Source: Octopus bimaculoides
Taxonomy: Eukaryota
Assembly: GCF_001194135.2 (NCBI RefSeq)
Contig: NC_068982.1
Span: 129,539,062-129,603,061 of the forward strand
Direction of reading: 5' to 3'
DNA: 64,000 bases
Shown one piece after another: positions 14,332-23,800 of the stretch. How positions within the stretch are numbered: the first letter of the stretch is position 1; every line of letters starts with the position of its first letter. The position numbers were made by a program, and so were the translations under genes. The notes below the pieces were generated by a model that was not told where the DNA came from, searched no databases, and saw only the letters and a program-made list of their open reading frames with translations.

Positions 14332-16073
14332 CCAACGGGATTGAAATATTTCTGGTTTTTGATTGGCCAATAAAACCAGTGAACTGCCAAAATGTCACCC
14401 TTTACATGATGTCCTGAAAAAATAGGCAATTGTTGTTCTTGCCTAGCACTAGGTTGGTTTTGTTTCAGCAGACCTATGATTAAAGGCATTCCAGCCGAGA
14501 CCACTCCATCTTGTCCTATGTACATGAAACTTAAGACCACATTATACAAAGTCTTCTCTTTTTTTCAAGACAGCTGTGTAATTTGAGGATGATTTGGTTG
14601 CTATTCTAACAGGTTGATCAACCATGTAGATGCCTCCTCCTTCACTGGCTCAGACCAGCTGCATGCTGGTACTGAGCCAAGCAAGGAGCCTCTACATAAA
14701 TAAGTTGATCAACCTATTTTAAGTTCACTTGCCATGCTATCTCATTCGCTTTTGGCTTGGTACCTTTCCTAACACCACCCACTCTATACTACTCTAGCAT
14801 GGTTCAAATCAGTAAAAGAGTTTATTCAGTTAGTCTCCTAATGTCTAAGAAAGTCAATGTTTATAAATATCAATGTCTCTTATGGCTGTGTATGTGCATA
14901 CATTCTTGATTATTAAACTCAGTTTGAATCATATTTTGTAGAAAATTCAACTAAATCTTCACTGGTTCATTGTTAAAACTTAAAAATGCAATAGTCTGCT
15001 TATCTCTTTATTTTAGTTTATTTTTTTTCTTAGTTTCAATCCTCTTGTGCAACTCTAGTATATTGTATCTTATAATTTTTTGTAGACTAATTCATGAACA
15101 CATCAAAAACCTATCTCAAGTGATATCTCCTACACATAAAGATTTATGTATCCCAAAGATATATCAGTTTGAGTGTCCTTGGCCAGCTGCTCAAAGAGAA
15201 ATCCATATGATAAATGCATACAAGGTTGGTATCAATATAAATACCTCCATTTATTTGATTATTGTAGAGTATTATAGTATTTAATATTCATCCTTACTAG
15301 AAAACTTAGTACAAGTTTGAAAAAATAGCTTATTTCCTCACTGGTTAGTTTTCATTTCTCTACTTTAATTCATTGTTTCATTCATTTATAAGCATTTTAT
15401 AATGTTGTAGTTGTAGTGAATGTAAAATTTTATTGAATCATTCTTTATGTTGATAGTTACGAAGTCCAATGATTCTGTTTGAAGTTGAAATATTAAACTA
15501 CAGCAGTATTTTGTACACTCCATTTATTATTCATTGTCTTAAGAATTTATTGAACTGCTATTTTACTTCTTGATTTTTTTAAAGAATTGGTGTTATAAAA
15601 GATGATTTTTGCTTTCAAACTATTTTCATCTATAGATAAGGAAAATTGTTATACACACAAAAAGTTTATAAATCCATAAAAATTTATTCAATTTCACATC
15701 CACCTTATCGTATCAGTTAATATAACAAATTTTTCTCTGATTTCAATGTGCCTGTTTTTATTTCGTTTTGGTAAATGGTAAAAAAATATTCTGTTTCATT
15801 TTCTTTCAGACACCAAAAGATAAAGTGCAGTGTGTATATCGTTGTTCATTATGTATTATGAATTTATTGAGTATGGCCAATGACCGAAAAGTGCCAGCTG
15901 CAGATGACTTTTTCCCTGTGCTCATTTATGTTATTATTAAGGCCAACCCCCCTTGTTTATTGTCAACCATCCAATATGTTAACAGTTTCTATGGTGAGCG
16001 TGTAACTGGAGAAGAACAATATTGGTGGATGCAGTTCTTCTCTGCAGTAAAATTCATTAAAACAATGGATTGA
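851..16073 (+). CDS. GAPVD1: GTPase-activating protein and VPS9 domain-containing protein 1 (GAPex-5), 3' part; spliced CDS join(851-895,4181-4616,5982-6116,7337-7460,9175-9241,11529-11643,15086-15224,15810-16073); 5' exons lie upstream of the window
   Basis: All introns GT-AG with consistent phases (1,2,2,0,1,2,0). The translation matches the vertebrate GAPVD1 C-terminus as recalled: EILAKYR, DAKRKLRLVL, VQLAEAINL, YLTRCKQGL, FPNGDGDILRDQ, PWPAAQREI, and the VPS9 core PAADDFFPVLIYVIIKANPP...YWWMQF...FIKTMD*. Confidence 0.96.
1455..1798 (-). mobile_element. 3' end of RTE-clade LINE (or SINE sharing its tail), (GAT)n tail
   Basis: Near-identical to the tail after the RTE ORF at 21228-21446; ends ttaaacgatgatgatg on -. 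Confidence 0.85.
2150..2202. repeat. (CT)n/(CTCA)n/(CA)n compound microsatellite
   Basis: Direct reading. Confidence 0.95.
2915..3156 (+). mobile_element. RTE 3'-end copy, (GAT)n tail
   Basis: Same family as 1455-1798, opposite orientation. Confidence 0.85.
4181..4616 (+). CDS. GAPVD1: GAPVD1 exon (ETGDEILAKYR...IKLFDNEG)
   Basis: tttgttttag acceptor, GG|gtaagt donor; contains ORF 4249-4620. Confidence 0.95.
5982..6116 (+). CDS. GAPVD1: GAPVD1 exon (CKKLFKLLEEDYKGRAHYVAYLTRCKQGLL...QRAQR)
   Basis: tatttgtatag acceptor, AG|gtgaag donor; phase 2-2; homologous to CRKLLASIAEDYRKRAPYIAYLTRCRQGL. Confidence 0.95.
7337..7460 (+). CDS. GAPVD1: GAPVD1 exon (EKEICNNHLNNVCVQRFIESK...DFQKLTMSDEK)
   Basis: ttttttcacag acceptor, AAA|gtaagt donor. 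Confidence 0.95.
9175..9241 (+). CDS. GAPVD1: GAPVD1 exon (EDLVERFLNGLYQSIQTDALWQ)
   Basis: Long pyrimidine tract + tttcag acceptor, G|gtatga donor. Confidence 0.93.
11529..11643 (+). CDS. GAPVD1: GAPVD1 exon (CSESQLQSSCIALERYVMGRIYTHAMFPNGDGDILRDQ)
   Basis: ttttctag acceptor, CA|gtaagt donor. Confidence 0.95.
12545..12960 (-). mobile_element. Degenerate CR1/L2-group LINE ORF2 C-terminus
   Basis: Minus-strand fragments RLGP..ICP, GPALFNIVPDT*RRE, DFTAFKRSLD..PQQIPDKPPTP resemble LINE ORF2 ends. Confidence 0.55.
13140..13300 (+). mobile_element. Non-autonomous repeat fragment, Helentron/DINE-1-like architecture
   Basis: aagtttcatcaaa..ccgttcacaactttttagttattttgc, acagacagacaaac microsatellite, gaaaacataacctc; family assignment from memory only. 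Confidence 0.4.
15086..15224 (+). CDS. GAPVD1: GAPVD1 exon (LIHEHIKNLSQVI...PWPAAQREIHMINAYK)
   Basis: tttttgtag acceptor, AAG|gttggt donor. Confidence 0.95.
15810..16073 (+). CDS. GAPVD1: GAPVD1 last coding exon, VPS9 catalytic core
   Basis: ttttctttcag acceptor; TPKDKVQC...ADDFFPVL...YWWMQF...TGA at 16071-16073. Confidence 0.97.
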   Translation, partial: TPKDKVQCVYRCSLCIMNLLSMANDRKVPAADDFFPVLIYVIIKANPPCLLSTIQYVNSFYGERVTGEEQYWWMQFFSAVKFIKTMD

Positions 16074-16495
16074 AGGAACCATCAAAATTTACAATGATAA
16101 AAAGTTGTAAATGACAAACTTACTAATCAATATTGTCAACATTTTTGGCTTAGTTGTTGACTAAGTGATGACATTTCTACACTGTACAACTGTGATTATA
16201 TCACAGGAACTGCTACAATAATAGAACTTATTTCATCCAGTTTAGCTATTCAGATGCCATCCATCATCAGTATTGGTTTCTGTAACAGACCTACAATACT
16301 GGCTGTATCAGTTAGTTGTAGTATTATGTCTCCTCTTCTAGCACCCGGGTTGTGTTATGCTAAAAGGAAGGAGCAGACCATTACAATAGGTATGTTGGCA
16401 CCAGGAAGACATTTGGGCGAAACAGGTAGGTGTGCAATCTAAAGAAACGAAAGGGTTGTGTAAGCTATTTGCTCAATCATTTAATTGATGCATGT

Positions 16496-16501
16496 AATAA
16501 A
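16496..16501 (+). terminator. Candidate poly(A) signal AATAAA for GAPVD1
   Basis: First AATAAA seen after the stop codon, about 420 nt downstream, followed by T-rich sequence. Confidence 0.45.
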
Positions 16502-17323
16502 ATTTTTCAGCTAGATCATTGTCAGTTAATTTTCAGCTGTGACAGTACATTGACATTTCTTAAATTGTTTAATCATAAACAGATTCTAGTTTCATAATAA
16601 TACACTAAATATGAAGTTATTCAAATGTAGCTCTTTAAACTCTTGGAGCTATGGAGGGCATAAAAAAACTGCTGGAATTCTTTGTAAAATAATATTTGTA
16701 TAGACAGAATGTATATGATTTCCATGTGCAGTTTTGTGAATTTGCTTGTTTTTCCTGCCACCATTAAAGAACAAGTTTCTTTTTGACTTCCTTCTGGTGT
16801 TCCTTCTACCTTCATGCCAAACTTGCCTCCTTCCTTTTTACATTACCCCAGTTCTACAGTTGGATAACATATACTATATTCATTTACAGAAAAAATATTG
16901 TCAAGGGCTATTCTGTTATTAAAACTGTGAGTCATAAGAAAATAGTCGTTTTCTTTTGTTTTTGTTTTTTTTACATGTTGATGATGAGTAAATTTTCGCT
17001 GCTGTTAGCCCTTCCAGATTATTGATGATGAAATGATGGTTTATCAGAAGATATTCAATATGAGTATTTTTTTTTCTCAATCAGGAATTTTCAGCAAAAA
17101 CAAAATAATTTGCTAAGTTATTTACATTAAAATAATTGAGCTAATGAAGCAGACTCTACATGGCTGCTTGCCCTGTTAGAAAAAAACAGTCAAATTTCCC
17201 TCAAATCGTACTCTACCAATTTAAGAGGACATAAGGTAGATTATTGCTGAAATTAAAATGGGATGGTCGCAGCTGTAATACCTTTGATCAAAGGCTGACT
17301 TGAGACTAAACATTAAATTGATA

Positions 17324-17855
17324 TTAAGATATACTGTCCTTTGAGTCATAATATATATTTAAATTTCTTCTTTTGAACTTTTTGTTTTCACCAGGTGAAA
17401 CTAAAGATGTATTAGATCGTTTTGATGTATTTGAAGAACTTCCTGATGAATCAATGGATTCCAATAACTCTGTTGTTTCTATAATTGATTCATTGTTAAC
17501 TTCTGCCTGTGGTATATGATCTTGAGGAGAGGTTGGGTCAAGGCTCTTTTCATTTACATTCTTTAAGTAACTGGTGTGAACATTATCTTCTTCAGAACTA
17601 GAAAATTCTGAATGAACAGTATCTGTGATATTTTGCATACTAATGTTAGAGTTACTGTTGAAACTACTGTCCATATTATTTAGAACTCTATTTGGGTCTG
17701 TTAAATCTAACATATCACAAAGTAAAGTTGTCTGTTCATTGATCTGTATGTCTGAGCCATTTTCACTCTGCACAAAATTTTCTGGGATGGTAAGATCTCC
17801 ACCAAAATCATCGATTATATTTTGTATGTCTTCATCAGTTGCTGTGAAATCATAC
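17324..17855 (-). CDS. DBR1: DBR1 coding exon 8 ([11 protein letters not shown]... S/N/D-rich disordered tail ...[19 protein letters not shown])
   Basis: ttttttatctattggtccccag acceptor; ORF 17324-17926; TAA at 17326-17324. Confidence 0.95.
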
Positions 17856-20800
17856 CTGGGGACCAATAGATAAAAAAAGAAAAAAGCTGATAAGAATACA
17901 TGAAATGACCCAACATCAGCTGACAAATTTAAATGTAATTTTGCTGAACAATGTCTATTAAATAATTCAACATTCCGTGGAGGCGCAATGGCCCAGTGGT
18001 TAGGGCAGTGGACTCACGGTCATAGGATCGCGGTTTTGATTCCCAGACCGGGCGTTGTGAGTGTTTATTGAGCGAAAACACCTAAAGTTCCACGAGGCTC
18101 CGGCAGGGGATGGTGGTGAACCCTGCTGTACTCTTTCACCACAACTTTCTCTCACTCTTACTTCCTGTTTCTGTTGTGCCTGTAATTCAAAGGGTCAGCC
18201 TTGTCACACTGTGTCACGCTGAATATCCCTGAGAACTACGTTAAGAGTACATGTGTCTGTGGAGTGCTCAGCCACTTGGACATTAATTTCACGAGCAGGC
18301 TGTTCCGTTGATCGGATCAACTGGAACCCTCGACGTTGTAAGTAACGGAGTGCCAACAACAACAACAATTCAACATTCCAATCAATTATAAGATCTAAAA
18401 GTTATACCGTTCATCAGTTCCAGGTCCAGGCATGTAACAGTTGGACCTATGCAAGTTTAGTAAATGGTTTGTTGATTTTAGAACAGCTAACCATTCAGGG
18501 TCTAACTGTAGCTTTAAAGGTTTTCTGTGAGGAATATCTAAAATCTGAAGTTGAAAAGACAAAAAAAATTTATATTAATTCAATTGTAGAAAAATATTCC
18601 TGTCTTTGACACATAAATAACATAAGCTACAATAAGTATTTGATTTGCAGTGTTTGCCTCATGATCACAAATTCAACCAAGCAATGTCTAGAAAAAATTT
18701 TTTTTTTTAAATTTATCTAAAATGGGTGCGGGAGTGGCTGTGTGGTAAGTAGCTTGCTCACCAACCACATGGTTCTGTGTTCAGTCCTACTGCGTGGCAC
18801 CTTGGGCAAGTGTCTTCTAATATAGCCTCGGGCCGACCAAAGCCTTGTGACTGGATTTGATAGACGGAAACTGAAAGAAGCCCGTCGTATATATGTATAT
18901 GTGCTTGTCCCCCCAACATCACTTGACAACCGATGCTGGTGTGTTTACGTCCCCGTAACTTAGCGGTTCGGCCGATAGAATAAGTCCTGGGGTCGATTTG
19001 CTCGACTAAAGGCGGTGCTCCAGCATGGCCACAGTCAAATGACTGAAACAAGTAAAAGAGAGTAAGACAATTACCTGTAAGAAATCTCTTCTCGGTAAAC
19101 ATTTATCAAGTGAAAGAAATTTGGTTTTTGATTTAAATTCACCACTTTCAGTCTAGAAATATATGGGGAAAAAATAAGAAAACAAAACAGTAAGCAAATG
19201 TTTTAAGTTTAGTAGAAATAATAAGCAATTATTCAGTTCACTTTAACTGAGCTTTAAAATTTTGGAATGTGGATGAAGGGAATCTAGTGAAAGGAGACAT
19301 GGCTAAAACTCAGACCTTACATTGTCAGGAAAAGGCTATTTTGATAGAAATGCTATCAAAGAGCTATCATCTTATGTCTGTTAAGGAATGGATGTGTTAT
19401 TATAGACCAAATCATAGTGAGTAGCATGTACACAGAAGGCTATATTAAGATGGTTATTTATTCAAAGTTGAAGAAGAATAGTACCAGAGATATTTGAAGA
19501 AAACCCTGCACCTCCAGTGGCAGAACAGACAGAGGAATATTCTTTTCTACTCTTGGCACAATGCCCAAAATTTTTGGGGAAGGAGGGGGGGGCAATTAGA
19601 TCAACCCCAGTATGCAACTGGTACTTAATTTATTGACCCTGAAAGGATGAAAGGCAAAGTCGACCTCAGCGGAGTTTGAACTCAGAACATAAAGACAGAC
19701 GAAATACCTGGTGTGCCAATGATTCTGCCAGCTAGCTGCCTTAGAGGAATATTATTGTGCAAGAGTAAGGCCCTATACCATTCTTTGAATCTATATTTAC
19801 ACATCAGCTGTGATGAACTGGTCATATTGTGCAAATGCTCATCATCAGCTTCCAAAAACAATTGTCTATGCAGGAAAACATATGAAGAGGGCAAAGGAAG
19901 TGGTATCTAGATGTACTGAAAGGAAATTCACACAGGTATCAATGTGTACAAGTTTGTGTCTTTTCATAAATAACTGACACAAGTGGAAACAGAGATTAGT
20001 TTCAGCCTTTCAGGGTCATAAAAGAAAAAAATCTAGGGTAGTGGAATGGCAAAAATGTTAGAACGAATAATCACTAAGCTTCCCTTCTGACGATCTAACA
20101 GCAAAACCTGCAACAACACTGGTGACAAGTTGTATTGGGCCTAAAGTGGTGGCCTTCCCCACAGACTACATCAATGATGTATATAAGAAATTTGAAGATT
20201 ATTTTTTTTAATTATCTCTCAGTAACAACATCAGGAGTTTGCCTTAAAATTTTCACTTCATAAATAGCAAGTTAGTTTTTGTTTGTGGCAGATGTTCAGG
20301 TGCAATAAAGACTGTAAACAAACAGGAAACAACTTCTATCTCATTCCAGGGTGAAAAACTAGAGGTAGTCGATAGCTTCCGCTATCTGGGCGACCAAGTT
20401 AGTAGTGGGGGTGGGTGCGCTGAAAGTGTAGCTGCTAGAATAAGAATAGCCTGGGCAAAGTTTAGAGAGCTCTTACCCCTGCTGGCGACAAAGGGACTCT
20501 CACTCAGAGTAAAAGGCAGACTGTATGACGCATGCGTACGAACGACCATGCTACATGGCAGTGAAACATGGGCTGTANNNNNNNNNNNNNNNNNNNNNNN
20601 NNNNNNNNNNNNNNNNNNNNNNNNNNNNNNNNNNNNNNNNNNNNNNNNNNNNNNNNNNNNNNNNNNNNNNNNNNNNNNNNNNNNNNNNNNNNNNNNNNNN
20701 NNNNNNNNNNNNNNNNNNNNNNNNNNNNNNNNNNNNNNNNNNNNNNNNNNNNNNNNNNNNNNNNNNNNNNNNNNNNNNNNNNNNNNNNNNNNNNNNNNNN

Positions 20801-23800
20801 NNNNNNNNNNNNNNNNNNNNNNNNNNNNNNNNNNNNNNNNNNNNNNNNNNNNNNNNNNNNNNNNNNNNNNNNNNNNNNNNNNNNNNNNNNNNNNNNNNNN
20901 NNNNNNNNNNNNNNNNNNNNNNNNNNNNNNNNNNNNNNNNNNNNNNNNNNNNNNNNNNNNNNNNNNNNNNNNNNNNNNNNNNNNNNNNNNNNNNNNNNNN
21001 NNNNNNNNNNNNNNNNNNNNNNNNNNNNNNNNNNNNNNNNNNNNNNNNNNNNNNNNNNNNNNNNNNNNNNNNNNNNNNNNNNNNNNNNNNNNNNNNNNNN
21101 NNNNNNNNNNNNNNNNNNNNNNNNNNNNNNNNNNNNNNNNNNNNNNNNNNNNNNNNNNNNNNNNNNNNNNNNNNNNNNNNNNNNNNNNNNNNNNNNNNNN
21201 NNNNNNNNNNNNNNNNNNNNNNNNNNNAAAAGACACCATTTCGAGCGTGGCCGTTTTCGTGCGGGTGACACGTAAAAGCACCCACTACACTCTCTGAGTG
21301 GTTGGCGTTAGGAAGGGCATCCAGCTGTAGAAACTCTGCCAAATCAGACTGGAGCCTGGTGTTGCCATCCGGTTTCACCAGTACTCAGTCAAATCGTCCA
21401 ACCCATGCTAGCATGGAAAGCGGACGTTAAACGATGATGATGATGAAATAGAATGTTCATATGTCTGATTTTACATCCATCTTTCCAGAGCTTACATGAT
21501 ATATTTAAAACAGAATTATTATGCAATCGTTAGACATCAAACTGCATCACTTCAATATTGAAAAATGTAAAGATCTGCTAGAAATAAAAAACAGGCTATA
21601 CAAAAATATATTACTGAAGTATTGTTCTGCAGCCAGATGCCCTTCCTGCCATTAATTCTTTTTTATCTTTTTAGGAAGGGATGTCTTATTTTACATGTTT
21701 TGCTAGCTTGGGTTGGACGATTTGACTGAGGACTGGTGAAACCAGATGGCTACACCAGGCTCCAATCTGAAGTGAGCAGACAATTTGTTGAAAGTGACAC
21801 CAGTAATACTGCTCGGAGCTTACATAGAGCACAAATGTAAACAAACACAGGCTCACGTGTGTATGTGTGTGTAATATGCATATGACTGGCTTCCTTCAGT
21901 TTCCATCTACTCTAGCCCTAAATTAACTAAAGCCCAAGGTGCCATGCACTGAGATTGAAACCAACCCACAGCTAAGCTTGCCTCTATTATGAGTGAGAAA
22001 TCATTCATCTTTTGAACATGTAAAAATATATAATGGGAAGTGTGTCTGTAAGTTTCAATAAAAAAAGAAAATGTTCGACTTCACCTTAATTCATATGTAT
22101 CTAATAATATTATAAGGTACAGGCATGAACTACACAGTCGAGAAGTTTACATATTTTCAGGTTCAGTCTTACTGTGGTACTTTGAGCAAGTGTTTTCTAC
22201 TCTAGCCTTGGGTTGACTAAAGCCTGGTGAGTGGATCTAGCAGACAGAAACTGGAAGAAGCCTGTAGTGTATATATATATGATGGACTCTACTGTCAAAG
22301 ATGACATATGAGCGTTCAACTTTTGCTGAATGGCCTCCACAAATGTATGTGCTGTACATTAGCTTACTCCTTCCATCAAATCAACATTACCTGAACAGGT
22401 ACACAGTGTACCACACATCAGGTGGTAAAGTGTTTTGGTCAAGAATGCACCACCCAGTCTAGGAATTGAAACTAAGATCTCGCTGTCATGAGTGCAACAC
22501 CCTAACAACTAGGCCATGTGTTGACACTATATATTGACATGAGTGCGTATCTCCTTATCTTGATATGATGTGACAGTTGTGTCAGTGTTGAGCAAGCAGT
22601 GCCCTTCATTTCCAATTCTCTGTAAAAACATCTGGACATGGGAAAATATTACTTTATTTGGAAAAAGTGATTAGTGACAGGAAGGGCATCCAGGCATGGA
22701 AAATCTTTCTCCACAAATTCCCTCTGGCCCATGCAAACATAAAAAAAGGGGACGTTTTAGATGTTGAGATCTATTGTTTGAAGAGTTTAATAATTATTTA
22801 AAACATATTTACCCTATGAGGCACAATAGCAGAAAATTTTACATGTAGATGGGCAGAAAACCAGTATGTTGGTTGAAGGATGTAAAGAAGTTCCTCAGCA
22901 GGTGGACTACCTAATGTGTTAGTCTCAATGTCATTTTCCAGAAATTTCTTCTTTCGAAGGAGATCTTTGAGATCCCCATATTTATGAATTCCACGTGGCC
23001 AATCATGTGATAACATTATATCAACATGCCGCTTGATCTGTAAATAGATACAATTACATAAATTGTTTAGTGACAGCTTTCTATAATGAAATCTTAAAAA
23101 GAAAATTTAAATAAGCAGCAGTTTAAAACATTTTAGTTCTGACATTATTTTTTTTCTTTTCTTTTGAAAGATATAGGAATAAATTTAAAAGCTATCTTAA
23201 TGATCATTCTCTATCTTAAAATTACCTGTTTCATTCGGAAAAATTCTAAGTTCCGAACATGGTAGACAGATCGTTTTGTCTCTTCTGTGTAAGGTGGATG
23301 TTCATAATGGCCTACAATATGAGAATGACAAAATTCATTGATTTTGATCACAAAATGATATATTTAAAACACAATTATCATGCAATAGTTAGACATCAAA
23401 CTGCATCGCTTTAATATAGAAAAATGTAAAGATCTACTAGAAATAAAAACTGTGGATCTCAAATAAATTTAAAGTTTCAGATTCTAACTTTTGAGTCAAG
23501 GTATTAAACTATTGCAATTCATACCATCCTATTGCCTTCTTACTATGAATATTTTCTGTTGTTATCTACTGACATCTTTCATTGTTTCCTAAAAATTCAG
23601 CCCTTGCATTAGACTCAAAATGTACAGTAAAGAGATTACGAAATATACTTAGCAACTTAATACAATCTTACATTATTTGATTCTACTGGCAGCAACCAAT
23701 CTGCCATTGCTGTAGCATTTGCTAACTTAAAATGTTTTATTAACAAATAACTTTTTGAAAAAAAAAACCTGTGATGAAATTCCTCCAAAAGCAGAGTAAT

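Noticed and set aside
16400-16440. Hammerhead-like gcacc-aggaaga...gcgaaacaggta-ggtgt in the GAPVD1 3'UTR
   Set aside because: The core deviates at two or more positions, there is no stem II and no palindromic loop; likely chance.
17856-17926. N-terminal part of ORF 17324-17926 ([23 protein letters not shown])
   Set aside because: Intronic polypyrimidine tract upstream of the DBR1 exon 8 acceptor.
17977-18050. tRNA-like sequences (also 18724, 26097, 39775, 44366, 53689)
   Set aside because: SINE heads with A/B boxes but no intact cloverleaf; continuous with SINE bodies.
20382-21378. Long ORFs across N runs (also 32160-32844 and 39270-39863)
   Set aside because: Artefacts of gaps translated as X; only the RTE RT frame before 20578 is real.
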